Shown: positions 32,377 through 42,627 of the stretch, piece by piece
How positions within the stretch are numbered: the first letter of the stretch is position 1
Layout: each line of letters begins with the position of its first letter
NCBI GenBank assembly: GCA_963664305.2
Contig: CAXXLV010000001.1
Span: 160,001 to 224,000, forward strand
Source of the DNA: an uncultured Aliarcobacter sp.
GTDB taxonomy: Bacteria; Campylobacterota; Campylobacteria; Campylobacterales; Arcobacteraceae
Reading direction: 5' to 3'
DNA length: 64,000 bases
Notes under the pieces: generated by a model
Database searches by the model: none
Told to the model about the DNA's origin: nothing
What the model saw: the letters and a program-made list of their open reading frames with translations, nothing else
Position numbers and translations under genes: made by a program

Positions 32377-33261
32377 TTATTCCTTTTTTCCTGATACTAA
32401 AAATCCACTAAAAATAATCAATAGTATACCTAAAACAATTAAAAATGAAGGGAAAGAATCTCCTAAAATAAGTCCTAAAATTATCGAAAATACTATATTA
32501 CTATATGAAATTGTTCCTATTATTCCAGCTTTAGCAAAAGAATATGCCTTTGTCATATATATTTGAGCGAATGTTGCAAAGATTCCTAACAAAATAATAA
32601 AAATCCAATCTTCACTTTTAGGCATTGTAAAAGTCCCTAACATAAAATCCAAATGTGGATTTGAATAAAAGCTTCCAATTATTAATAAAATCATAGGTCC
32701 TATTGTTCCAATTGTCATAAAAGATAAAACAATTGCTCTTGAATCATAATAAGTTCTAAGTTCTCTAACTGATGTATAAGCAAGTGCAGCACCTACTCCT
32801 GAAAGAATTCCTAAATAATCAGTTTTTTCTAAATTACTACCATCAAATTCTGTTATGAATACTATTCCTATAAATCCTACAAAAACTCCAAGCCAACCTT
32901 TAAATCCTAGTTTCTCTTTTAAAAACAAATATGCAAATATTGCTGTAAAAATAGTTGAAGTCTTTGAAAAAGTCATAGCTTCGCCAAGTGAAATCTCTGA
33001 GATATTATAAAAGAAAAATAAAAGTGCTACAAAACCAGCAACTCCTCTAAAAACTAATAACCAAAATTTCCCACCTTTTTGTTTTAAAGGTGAATTATAT
33101 ATAGAAATTAAAATTAAAAATACACCAAAAACATTTCTAAAAAACACCACCTCAACTGAACTCATAGTATCACTTAACTCTTTAGCAGCAGCTCCCATAA
33201 GTGCGAATAAAAGTGAAGCAAAAAGCATATATTTTATGCCTTTATTAACCTGTTCTTCCAT
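32377..33261 (-). CDS. DMT/EamA family transporter
   Basis: About ten TM helices, EVVFFR. Start MEEQ at 33261 after AAGGA. Confidence 0.85.
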   Translation of the reverse strand: MEEQVNKGIKYMLFASLLFALMGAAAKELSDTMSSVEVVFFRNVFGVFLILISIYNSPLKQKGGKFWLLVFRGVAGFVALLFFFYNISEISLGEAMTFSKTSTIFTAIFAYLFLKEKLGFKGWLGVFVGFIGIVFITEFDGSNLEKTDYLGILSGVGAALAYTSVRELRTYYDSRAIVLSFMTIGTIGPMILLIIGSFYSNPHLDFMLGTFTMPKSEDWIFIILLGIFATFAQIYMTKAYSFAKAGIIGTISYSNIVFSIILGLILGDSFPSFLIVLGILLIIFSGFLVSGKKE

Positions 33262-33387
33262 CAAATTCCTTATTATAAAAGGAAGATTGTAGTTATTATC
33301 CAATTAAAAAAAGATTATTACATTCAAATTTTAAAGCTTGTTTTAGATAATATAATTGCTTTATATCACTAATCTTGTAGGGGAAAT

Positions 33388-34653
33388 ATGGAATACTTAA
33401 AAATTATTGGGGGTAAAGATATTTCAGGTAGTGTTGAAATATCAGGTGCTAAAAATGCAGCTTTACCTTTAATTGCTTGTACTATCTTAGGAAAAAATGA
33501 AATAACTATTGGAAATCTACCAAATGTTGTAGATATTAACACTTTTTTAAAACTTATAAAAAACCTTGGTGGAGATTTTGTTAAAGATAAAAACTCTGTA
33601 AAAATAAATACTTCAACAATTAATAACACAAAAGCTACTTACGATATTGTAAAAACTATGAGAGCTTCTATTTTAGTTTTAGGACCGATTCTTTCTAGAT
33701 TTGGACATTGTGAAGTTTCACTTCCTGGTGGTTGTGCAATTGGTCAAAGACCTGTAGATTTACACTTAAAAGCTTTAGAGCAAATGGGTGCAAAAATAGA
33801 AATTTTACATGGTTATATTCGTGCAACTGCTCCAAATGGATTAAAAGGTGCAAAAATTGTTTTTGATAAAGTTACAGTTGGTGGAACTGAAAATACAGTT
33901 ATGGCAGCAGCTTTAGCTTATGGAACTACTACAATAATTAATGCAGCAAAAGAGCCTGAAATTGTGCAACTTTGTGAAGTTTTAGCAAATAGTGGCGTTA
34001 AAATTGAAGGTATTGGAACTTCAAAAATTATAATTGAAGGAACTGGACAAAAACTTCTTGATATTAAACCATTTGATGTAATTCCTGATAGAATTGAAGC
34101 AGGAACTTATATGTGCGCAGCAGCTATTATGAATCAAAAACTAAAAATTGATAAAGTTATTCCTCTACATTTAGAAGCAGTTATTTCAAAACTTGAAGAA
34201 ATGAATTTTGAAGTTTTACAAGATGATAATAGTGTTACAATTTTACCTACAGATGAAATTAAACCTGTAAATATTATTACAACAGAATATCCTGGTTTCC
34301 CAACTGATATGCAGGCTCAATTTATGGCACTAGCTACGCAAGCAAATGGAACAAGTACTATTGATGAAAGATTATTTGAGAATAGATTTATGCACGTTAG
34401 TGAATTATTAAGACTTGGTGCAGATATTCATTTAAATGGTAATATTGCAACAATCAATGGAAAAAGTGGTACTTTAAATGGAACTGATGTTATGGCAACT
34501 GATTTAAGAGCATCTTCTGCATTAGTTTTAGCTGCACTTGTAGCAAGTGGAGAAACAAATATCCATAGAATTTATCACCTTGATAGAGGTTATGAAAATC
34601 TTGAAGGAAAACTATCACTTATTGGTGCAGATGTAAAAAGGTTTGCTGAATAA
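33388..34653 (+). CDS. murA: UDP-N-acetylglucosamine 1-carboxyvinyltransferase
   Basis: [51 protein letters not shown]. Confidence 0.97.
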   Translation: MEYLKIIGGKDISGSVEISGAKNAALPLIACTILGKNEITIGNLPNVVDINTFLKLIKNLGGDFVKDKNSVKINTSTINNTKATYDIVKTMRASILVLGPILSRFGHCEVSLPGGCAIGQRPVDLHLKALEQMGAKIEILHGYIRATAPNGLKGAKIVFDKVTVGGTENTVMAAALAYGTTTIINAAKEPEIVQLCEVLANSGVKIEGIGTSKIIIEGTGQKLLDIKPFDVIPDRIEAGTYMCAAAIMNQKLKIDKVIPLHLEAVISKLEEMNFEVLQDDNSVTILPTDEIKPVNIITTEYPGFPTDMQAQFMALATQANGTSTIDERLFENRFMHVSELLRLGADIHLNGNIATINGKSGTLNGTDVMATDLRASSALVLAALVASGETNIHRIYHLDRGYENLEGKLSLIGADVKRFAE

Positions 34654-34661
34654 CACATCTT

Positions 34662-34703
34662 AAAAAATGATATGTAAAAAATCATTTACTTATCATTTTT
34701 TTT
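34662..34703 (+). terminator. Probable intrinsic terminator after murA
   Basis: Imperfect inverted repeat AAAAAATGATA...TATCATTTTTT. Confidence 0.45.
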
Positions 34704-34752
34704 AAGTATAAATTTACTAAAATCCGAACAACTATGAAAAAAGGTACTATTA

Positions 34753-35847
34753 ATGAAACTAGAAATCTCTTTATTTAAGTTTGATAAAAACTCAGATTAT
34801 CTACCATATTACACTAAACATTTTTTAAAAATCGAAAATGAAAAAAACTTATTAGATATTTTAAATACGTTAAATAAAAGTGAAAAATTAGGATTTGAAA
34901 ACTCTTTAGATTTTGATTTAGTTATAAATAATACATATGTAAAAGCCTCATTAACATTAGAAGAACTTGTTGAAAATTTTGGAAAAGAATTGACTATTGA
35001 ACCTATTTCAACAAGAAGAGTTTACAATGATTTATTGATTGATGACAAAGATTTTGTAGAAAAAATTGAAATCTTTAAAAATTTTCTTGATGAAGAAGAT
35101 AGAAAAAATTATTCAAATCTAAAACAATATTTTTATGCGTCAAATACACTTAACTATAAAAGTGACTATGTTGGTGATTCAGCTTTGATTTTAGCATACG
35201 ATTTAATTCAAAAAAATCCAAAAATAAAAGAATATATTTTAACAACATTAGATAGTGTTGAAACAGGTGCTTCATTTCATACAAGTTTAAAAAACAGAAT
35301 TTATAAGTTAGAAGATATTGTTGAAACAAAAATTCAAACTATTCAATCAGAATTAGGTTATTTTGAAGAACTAGAAAAACAAAATTTTAGAATAAATAAA
35401 ACTCTAATTATTGATTTTGGAAAATTTGAAGATAACTTTGAAATATTACATGATTTTAAAGATTTTAATATTGCATATTATCCATCAAATGACTCTAAAC
35501 AAACTAAAGATTTATTAAATAAACTAAAAGCAAATCTTTTAAATCTTGATAGTATGAAATTAGATTTAGCAAAAAATACATTTAATAAAAATCCGCAAAT
35601 TACGTATCATGTAGCTTCAACAATTTTACTTGATGCTTTTGATAATAATGCAGATTTTTTAGTTGTTGATACAAACGAAGATTTTTATATTTTTGATTAC
35701 AATAGAAAAGAGATTGAAAAGCTTTGTGGAAGAGATATACTAATTCCGATAATTCATAAAAATGAATTACAAAAGCTTGTTTCTGGAGATCATAAAGAAG
35801 CAAAAAAAACATTAGAAAAACATCAAATTAATCCTGAAATTATATAA
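34753..35847 (+). CDS. Conserved Campylobacterota protein with FrdB-like N-terminus and HdrB-like C-terminus, no Fe-S cysteines (DUF5644-like)
   Basis: LFKFDKNSDYLPYY, LTIEPIS and DAFDNNADFLVV patterns; only one Cys. Confidence 0.55.
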   Translation: MKLEISLFKFDKNSDYLPYYTKHFLKIENEKNLLDILNTLNKSEKLGFENSLDFDLVINNTYVKASLTLEELVENFGKELTIEPISTRRVYNDLLIDDKDFVEKIEIFKNFLDEEDRKNYSNLKQYFYASNTLNYKSDYVGDSALILAYDLIQKNPKIKEYILTTLDSVETGASFHTSLKNRIYKLEDIVETKIQTIQSELGYFEELEKQNFRINKTLIIDFGKFEDNFEILHDFKDFNIAYYPSNDSKQTKDLLNKLKANLLNLDSMKLDLAKNTFNKNPQITYHVASTILLDAFDNNADFLVVDTNEDFYIFDYNRKEIEKLCGRDILIPIIHKNELQKLVSGDHKEAKKTLEKHQINPEII

Positions 35848-35856
35848 GGTTCAAAA

Positions 35857-36480
35857 GTGAGATTAGATTCTGAATTTAGTATTTATGCTACTCTTTTAAT
35901 TATCTGTTTATTACCACTTTATATTTACAGAAAAAGAATCTTCTCTCCATCAAAATCTCAAAAAGGAGATTTTGATACTTTTTTAAATGATTTAAAAATT
36001 CATATGAAAAATAATCATCCAAAAATCCATATAAATTATTCAATTGTTGAAAAAACTAAAAATGAACCAAATTTAACAGTTAGAGAAACTTTTATAATTG
36101 AAAAAGTAGTTGAACAGTTTTTCAATTTTGAATATAAAAGAACTACGCAAAAATCTGTAACTAGAGATAAACTTTGGGCAAATTATGATGAAAAATCTAT
36201 TCCTAGTGCAAAATTACCAAGTGATTGGCAACAAAGAAAAGAATTAGCTTGGAGAAGAGATGATAAATGTTGCAATAGATGTGGTTGCAACTTAAATTCA
36301 TTAGGTGATACTTACACAAGTTTTGTTAAAGAGATAAAAGATGGTGGAAGTTATACCTTAGAAAACATCATTATTTTATGTGTTGATTGTAACAAAGTTA
36401 TAAACTCTACAAATCCAAAAAACACTATGGATGCCTTAATTTTAAACGATAAACTACTTCGTCTTGTAACAACAGCTTAA
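35857..36480 (+). CDS. Membrane-anchored HNH-like (treble-clef) protein
   Basis: N-terminal TM; W...K..AWRRD..CNRCG ... GG....ENIIILCVDCN. Confidence 0.7.
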   Translation: MRLDSEFSIYATLLIICLLPLYIYRKRIFSPSKSQKGDFDTFLNDLKIHMKNNHPKIHINYSIVEKTKNEPNLTVRETFIIEKVVEQFFNFEYKRTTQKSVTRDKLWANYDEKSIPSAKLPSDWQQRKELAWRRDDKCCNRCGCNLNSLGDTYTSFVKEIKDGGSYTLENIIILCVDCNKVINSTNPKNTMDALILNDKLLRLVTTA

Positions 36481-36488
36481 AATAAAAA

Positions 36489-38195
36489 CTACTGTCCTAA
36501 AATTTCTTTTACTCTTTTTTCATGTTCACTTTTATCAACTACAATTTCATTTTCATTATTTAAATCTTTCAATTGTTTACTCAGTTGTATAATCTTTTTT
36601 TCTCTTTCTTGTGACTCAATCTTTTTCTTAATTGCATTCTCTTTTAATCTAATCAAAGAATCTTGTAAATATTTATCCTCTAATTCTTTTAATTCAGCTA
36701 ATTGATTTCTAACATATGTAATATCTTTTGTTTTTGGAATCATATAAGGAGTAACTATTACAACAAGATTATTCTTTTTAGTTTTTGTTAAATCATTTAT
36801 AAATAAATTACCAAAAATTGGAATTTCTCCTAAAACAGGTACTTTTTGAATAGTTGATTCATTTTTATTTTCAATTAAACCCCCAATAATAACACTTTCA
36901 CCATTGTTTAAAATTGCAGTCGTCTTAATCTCTTTTTTCAAAGTATCAGGATTTCCACTACTCGTTTGTGTTGTTTTTATTCCTTCTAATAAAGTATTAA
37001 TTTCTAAAGTAACTTTTGATTCACTTGATATTCTAGGCTTTACTTTTAATGTTAATCCAACATCTTCTCTTTGATAATTTGTTCTTTGAGTTCCTCCATC
37101 AGTTACAGAACTTGAAGTTTGTACAGATATTTTTTCACCAACATAAATAGAACTTTCTTTGTTATTAATAGCTAAAATTGAAGGTTCAGATACAATATCT
37201 AAAGCTCCATTTTGTTTTAAAAGATTAAGTGAAGCACCAAGAGCAAGGCCTGATTTTATATCTGGAATATTTAAATCAATTATATTTAACACATCTGTAA
37301 TTGATGTTGAACCACCATTTAAATTTGATGAAAAAGTTGCAAGACTATTACTTCCACTTGTTCCTCCAAAAATTCCATATTGAACACCAATATTATTTAC
37401 TAATTCATCATTTACTTCAATAATTCTAGCTTGTACATAAACTTGTGTTTTTTCTTTATCTAATTCATCTATTAATTTATTGATATATTCCACTTCATCA
37501 GTATGTCCCATTACTATTATTGCATTTGTTTCTTCATCAACAGAAACTAAAGGTTTTTTATTTACATCACTATAAATTTTTTTACTAACTATTGAATCAA
37601 GAATTTTTATCACATTAGTAGCTTCTACATTTTTTAATGAAAATATTTTTATCTCTTTTTTTATTAAGGAACTATCATTATCAACATTTTTTATATAATT
37701 TACCAAATAATTGATATTTTCTTTTTCTCCAATTATTACTAAAGTATTATTATCTTTATTTTCTACAATTGATATTTTTGAATTTTCTAATTTATCATCA
37801 AATTTTGATTTTGCAATCTCTTCTAAATTTTTCTTTGCTTCATTTACATCAATATTTTTTAGTTCAACTACAACACTATCTTTAGACACAAAATTATCTA
37901 ATTTTACAACTCTTAACATATCACTATTTTCAACTAATTTATAACCTTTATCTTCAAGGACAAATTTTAGTATTTTTATTAATTCATCTTTATTGATAGG
38001 TTTATTTGAGATAAAATCAACATTTCCTTTAATCTCTTCAATTATTAAAATATTTTTATTTATGATTTTGGAAGAAATTTTTATTAAATCCATTATGTTT
38101 AAATCTTTGAAATTTATATTTATTTCACCATTACTTATTGCATTTATTTGTATTAAAAAAACACTTAACCATAAAAATTTATAAACATATCTCAT
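36489..38195 (-). CDS. gspD: Secretin, GspD-like (type II secretion system protein D)
   Basis: N0 domain ININFKDLNI; QVYVQARIIEV, REDVGLTLKVKPRI, VIIGGLI, KVPVLGEIPIFGNLF. Confidence 0.85.
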   Translation of the reverse strand: MRYVYKFLWLSVFLIQINAISNGEININFKDLNIMDLIKISSKIINKNILIIEEIKGNVDFISNKPINKDELIKILKFVLEDKGYKLVENSDMLRVVKLDNFVSKDSVVVELKNIDVNEAKKNLEEIAKSKFDDKLENSKISIVENKDNNTLVIIGEKENINYLVNYIKNVDNDSSLIKKEIKIFSLKNVEATNVIKILDSIVSKKIYSDVNKKPLVSVDEETNAIIVMGHTDEVEYINKLIDELDKEKTQVYVQARIIEVNDELVNNIGVQYGIFGGTSGSNSLATFSSNLNGGSTSITDVLNIIDLNIPDIKSGLALGASLNLLKQNGALDIVSEPSILAINNKESSIYVGEKISVQTSSSVTDGGTQRTNYQREDVGLTLKVKPRISSESKVTLEINTLLEGIKTTQTSSGNPDTLKKEIKTTAILNNGESVIIGGLIENKNESTIQKVPVLGEIPIFGNLFINDLTKTKKNNLVVIVTPYMIPKTKDITYVRNQLAELKELEDKYLQDSLIRLKENAIKKKIESQEREKKIIQLSKQLKDLNNENEIVVDKSEHEKRVKEILGQ

Positions 38196-38257
38196 AATTT
38201 AACTCCATCAATAATTTTTAATCAAAAAATTATTGTAACTTTAAATAATAAATTAAA

Positions 38258-38830
38258 TTATTTTATAACAATATTTCTAGAAAGTAAAGGTAAAAGTAAA
38301 TTAAATTGTTCAGTTGTAAGTTCTATTTGTAAACTTACATTTGTAGAAAAATCTTTCGATTTTATATTGATATCTTCTTGATTTAAAAGATACTCAAGTT
38401 GAGAAAGTTCATTGTATTCACACTCTAAAGTTTTAGTTATAAGTTTTTTATACTCCTTAAAAGTTGCTATTTTTATAACTTCATTTACACTATCACCATA
38501 AGCTCGAACTAAACCACCAGTTCCTAGTTTCACTCCACCAAAATATCGTACAATTATCACTGCACTATTTATGATTTCAGCTCCAGCTAAAACAGCAAGA
38601 GATGGTTTTCCACTTGTTCCTTTTGGTTCTCCATCATCACTACTATTCTCAACTATTTGTTCAAATTCATTTAGATATCTATAGGCATAAACAAAATGAA
38701 CTGCTTTTGGATGTTCTTGTCTTAATCTATTCATTACTTCACCAAATATTTCATAAGGCATTAAAAAAGCAATAAACTTTGACTTCTTTTCTTCAATTGA
38801 ACAACTAAACTCTTTTTGAACAAACTTCAA
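38258..38830 (-). CDS. yigZ: YigZ/IMPACT family protein
   Basis: KKSKFIA, SDDGEPKGTSG, VRYFGGVKLGTGGLVRAY. Confidence 0.92.
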   Translation of the reverse strand: MKFVQKEFSCSIEEKKSKFIAFLMPYEIFGEVMNRLRQEHPKAVHFVYAYRYLNEFEQIVENSSDDGEPKGTSGKPSLAVLAGAEIINSAVIIVRYFGGVKLGTGGLVRAYGDSVNEVIKIATFKEYKKLITKTLECEYNELSQLEYLLNQEDINIKSKDFSTNVSLQIELTTEQFNLLLPLLSRNIVIK

Positions 38831-38844
38831 CTATAATTCCACCT

Positions 38845-39555
38845 ATGAGATTAGATTTATATTTAACTACAACTTTTAATGTCCAAAGCCGAAATAAAGC
38901 AAGCGAACTAATAAAATCCAACAAAGTTAAATGTGATGGTGTGATTATAACAAAACCATCTTTTAATGTTGAGGAAAATCATAAAATAGAACTTTTAGAA
39001 GAAGATTTTTATGTATCTAGAGCAGCTTATAAATTAAAATATTTTTTAGAAGAATTAAAAGATTTTAATTTGAAGAATAAAAATGCTTTAGATATTGGAA
39101 GTAGTACAGGTGGATTTACACAAATTCTTCTGGAAAATGAAGTTTTAAAAGTAACTTGTGTGGATGTTGGAAGTAATCAACTACATGAAAAAATAAAAAA
39201 TGATAAAAAAATCTCATTTTTTGAAAATACAGATATAAGAAATTTTCAAAGTAATGAAATATTTGATGTTATTACGTGTGATGTATCATTTATCTCTATC
39301 CTAAATATAATTGAAGATATAAATAGATTAGCTTCAAAAGATATTATTATTCTTTTCAAACCTCAATTTGAAGTTGGAACAAAAGTAAAAAGAGATAAAA
39401 AAGGTGTAGTAAAAGATAAAGATGCTATAAAAAAAGCAAGAGAAATTTTCTTAGAAAAAACAAAAACATTAAACTGGAAAACAGTATATACAAGTCTTAG
39501 TAAATTACAAGGGAAAGATGGTAATGAAGAAGAACTCTTCTACTTTAGTAAATAA
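38845..39555 (+). CDS. tlyA: TlyA rRNA 2'-O-methyltransferase / haemolysin A
   Basis: S4 domain MRLD, YVSRAAYKL, DIGSSTGGFT, DVSFIS, KPQFE, GKDGNEE. Confidence 0.93.
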   Translation: MRLDLYLTTTFNVQSRNKASELIKSNKVKCDGVIITKPSFNVEENHKIELLEEDFYVSRAAYKLKYFLEELKDFNLKNKNALDIGSSTGGFTQILLENEVLKVTCVDVGSNQLHEKIKNDKKISFFENTDIRNFQSNEIFDVITCDVSFISILNIIEDINRLASKDIIILFKPQFEVGTKVKRDKKGVVKDKDAIKKAREIFLEKTKTLNWKTVYTSLSKLQGKDGNEEELFYFSK

Positions 39556-40369
39556 AAAAACAATCACTTCAATTGCTATTGGGGGATTTGATGGTATGCA
39601 TGTTGCTCATCAAGAACTTTTCAAGAATTTAGATGAACATGGTGCAATTGTATCTATTGAATCAGGATTTGCAAATCTTACTCCAAAAATATACAGACAA
39701 GAATATAGTGATTATCCAATTTATTATTATGTACTTGATAATATCAAACATTTAGAAGGCGACCAATTTATTAAACTATTAAATGAAGAATTTCCAAACT
39801 TAAAAAAAATAGTTGTTGGTTATGATTTTTGTTTTGGTAAAAATAGAAGATATTGTATAGAAAAATTAAAAGAACTTTTTCACGGTGATGTAAAAATTAT
39901 TGATGAAATAAAAATAGATAATATTGCTGTTCACTCAAGATTTATTAGAGAATATATAAAAGATGGCGAAATAGAAATGGCTAATAAGCTTTTAGGAAAA
40001 GAGTATAAAATCTATGGTCATCAAATCAAAGGTCAAGGACTTGGTAGCAAAAGTTTTGTACCAACAATAAATCTAAAAGTAGAACAATTTTTGCTTCCTA
40101 AAGAGGGAGTTTATATTACAAAAACTATTTTAAATGAAATAGAATATAACTCTGTAACTTTTTTAGGTCATAGAGTTACAACTGATGGAAGTTATGCTGT
40201 TGAAACACATATTTTAGATGAAAATATTATAAATGACACATATACTATTCAAATAAAATTTATTAAAAAAATCAGAGAAAATCTAAAATTTGATAACTTT
40301 GAAGAGTTGAAAAATCAAATAGATAAAGATATAGAAACAACAAAAAATTACTTTATTAATATTTATTAA
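39524..40369 (+). CDS. ribF: Bifunctional riboflavin kinase/FAD synthetase
   Basis: IGGFDGMHVAHQ, VGYDFCFG, PTIN, GVY, VETHIL, IRENLKF. Confidence 0.92.
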   Translation: MKKNSSTLVNKKTITSIAIGGFDGMHVAHQELFKNLDEHGAIVSIESGFANLTPKIYRQEYSDYPIYYYVLDNIKHLEGDQFIKLLNEEFPNLKKIVVGYDFCFGKNRRYCIEKLKELFHGDVKIIDEIKIDNIAVHSRFIREYIKDGEIEMANKLLGKEYKIYGHQIKGQGLGSKSFVPTINLKVEQFLLPKEGVYITKTILNEIEYNSVTFLGHRVTTDGSYAVETHILDENIINDTYTIQIKFIKKIRENLKFDNFEELKNQIDKDIETTKNYFINIY

Positions 40370-40393
40370 TATGCATTTAGATAAAATATTAGA

Positions 40394-41104
40394 ATGATAG
40401 ATAAAGTATTTAATAAATCAATTACCAAACAGTTTGAATTCGATGAAGAAGTAGCATCAGTATTTGACGATATGTTAAATAGGTCAGTTCCTTTTTACAA
40501 AGAGATGCAAAGATTATCAATAAATTTTGCTTGCAATTTTTTAGAAGAGAATGATGTAGTTTATGATTTGGGTTGTTCAACAGCTTCAACTTTAATAGAA
40601 TTAAGTAAACATTGTAAACATAATCTTAATCTTGTTGGTATTGATAATTCTGAAGCTATGCTAAATAGAGCTAGTAAAAAAGCCAAAGCATTTGGAGTTG
40701 ATATAAATCTCATAAATGCAGACTTACATGATGTAAATTATGAAAATGCAAAACTAATTCTTTCAAACTACACTTTACAATTTATCAGACCACTACAAAG
40801 AGAAAAATTAGTAAAAAAAATATATGATTCTTTACAAGAACAAGGTATTTTTATCTTTAGTGAAAAAGTTATCTCTTCAAATTCAACTTTAAATAAACAA
40901 TCTATTGATGAATATTATGAGTTTAAAAAAACTCAAGGATATAGTGAATTTGAAATTGCTCAAAAAAGAGAAGCTTTAGAAAATGTATTGATTCCATATA
41001 CAGAAGAAGAAAATAAAAAAATGATTTTAGATGCTGGATTTGCTCACTGTGAAACTATTTTCAAATGGGTAAATTTTGCAACATTTATAGCAATAAAAAA
41101 ATAA
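40394..41104 (+). CDS. cmoA: Carboxy-S-adenosyl-L-methionine synthase
   Basis: [53 protein letters not shown]. Confidence 0.95.
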   Translation: MIDKVFNKSITKQFEFDEEVASVFDDMLNRSVPFYKEMQRLSINFACNFLEENDVVYDLGCSTASTLIELSKHCKHNLNLVGIDNSEAMLNRASKKAKAFGVDINLINADLHDVNYENAKLILSNYTLQFIRPLQREKLVKKIYDSLQEQGIFIFSEKVISSNSTLNKQSIDEYYEFKKTQGYSEFEIAQKREALENVLIPYTEEENKKMILDAGFAHCETIFKWVNFATFIAIKK

Positions 41105-41110
41105 AGGATT

Positions 41111-41620
41111 ATGATGTTAAAAGTTGGAGATATTGCACCTAGTTTTTGCGCACCAAATCAAGATGATGTGGAAATTTGTTCAAGAGATTTAGCAGGAAAA
41201 TGGATAGTTTTATATTTTTATCCAAAAGATTTAACTCCAGGTTGTACAACTGAAGCTTGTGACTTTACAGATAAACACTCATTTTTTGATGATTTAGATG
41301 CAGTAATTTTAGGTGTTAGTGCAGATGATACAGAAAAACATAGAAAATTTATTGATAAATATGATTTAACAATAACTCTTTTATCAGATATAAATAAAAA
41401 AATGTGTGAAGATTATGGAGTTTGGCAATTAAAACAATTTATGGGTAAAGAGTTTATGGGTGTTGTAAGAAGCACTTTTATCATAAATCCAGAAGGAAAA
41501 ATTGCTGCAATTTGGGATAAAGTTAGTGTTAGAAAGAAAAAAAGTGTAAAAGGTGAAAAAGTAGAGATTTTACATGTAGATGAAGTTAGAGAAAAACTTC
41601 AAGAATTACAATCAAATTAA
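41111..41620 (+). CDS. bcp: Thioredoxin-dependent thiol peroxidase Bcp
   Basis: LYFYPKDLTPGCTTEACDF, RSTFII. Confidence 0.93.
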   Translation: MMLKVGDIAPSFCAPNQDDVEICSRDLAGKWIVLYFYPKDLTPGCTTEACDFTDKHSFFDDLDAVILGVSADDTEKHRKFIDKYDLTITLLSDINKKMCEDYGVWQLKQFMGKEFMGVVRSTFIINPEGKIAAIWDKVSVRKKKSVKGEKVEILHVDEVREKLQELQSN

Positions 41621-41631
41621 TAGGAATAAAA

Positions 41632-42627
41632 ATGGGGAAAATATTTAATAAAGTTTTATTATTAGGTGCTGTTTCTTTAATGTCAAACACATTATTGGCA
41701 CAAGAAACTATTTGTTTCAAAAATGGTGTTGATAAACCTTCAATGATAGAAGAGATTGCACTTGATGGTGATGTTTGTAAAGGAACTTTAACTGTTAATG
41801 ATATGAAAAGTAATGGTTGGGATGTTTTAGATATAAAAATTTCAACTTCTCAAAATAAATTTAATTATTCGTACTATTTTTATAAAGGAAATACTACAAC
41901 TTCAAAAACTATTCTTAGCACATCTGTTGCTCAAGAGCAAGCAAGTTCTAATGAATTTTCAATAAAACCAATGGGTACAAAAATTACAAATATTGAAAAT
42001 AATAGAAGTACTATAAATATAGGAAACTTAATTGTAGGACAAACAGGAATCGTTGTACATATTTATGATAATGACAAAAGACAAATCATTTCTAATACAA
42101 AAGTTATTAGTTCAAATGCAAACTCTTCTGTAATAGAATTTTTCCCATTTGATGACTTATTACAAGAAGCACTTCCTACTTCAAATAGACAAGTTTCAAT
42201 AAATGATGTTGTTGTATTAAATTACATGTATAACTCTTCACTTTTAATTGCTCCTACACTTGATTCTTTCCAATCTGTAAGAAGTAATTTTAAATCAAAT
42301 AACTTTGTACATTCAGATATTTTTGCAGCAAAATTAAAAATTACTAATACTCCATTCCCAACAAAAGAAGACATACAAAAATTTGCAATAGAGCAAAATC
42401 TAGGAACAATTTTCTTTGTATTAAACAACAAAGTATTTATTGTTGATACAAAAACATTTACTATACTTGCTAGATACAATTTTGCTTATGAAAATAAAGA
42501 TACTCAAATGCCATTTTACACAAGAGTTGAAGAGATTGAAGGTTCAATATTTGATTTCTCATTCTTCTCAAGTAATGAAGATTTAACTTATGATGAATAT
42601 TATGAAAAAGTTTTAGGATTAAAATAA
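41632..42627 (+). CDS. Exported protein with a plasminogen-binding protein (PgbA-like) domain
   Basis: Signal peptide; GQTGIVVH, FDDLLQEALP, YNSSLLIAP, FVHSDIFA, PFYTRV. Confidence 0.7.
   Translation: MGKIFNKVLLLGAVSLMSNTLLAQETICFKNGVDKPSMIEEIALDGDVCKGTLTVNDMKSNGWDVLDIKISTSQNKFNYSYYFYKGNTTTSKTILSTSVAQEQASSNEFSIKPMGTKITNIENNRSTINIGNLIVGQTGIVVHIYDNDKRQIISNTKVISSNANSSVIEFFPFDDLLQEALPTSNRQVSINDVVVLNYMYNSSLLIAPTLDSFQSVRSNFKSNNFVHSDIFAAKLKITNTPFPTKEDIQKFAIEQNLGTIFFVLNNKVFIVDTKTFTILARYNFAYENKDTQMPFYTRVEEIEGSIFDFSFFSSNEDLTYDEYYEKVLGLK

Noticed and set aside
35857..36480. HNH gene as a homing endonuclease or defence system
   Set aside because: Catalytic His absent, membrane anchor present, housekeeping context, no partner genes.
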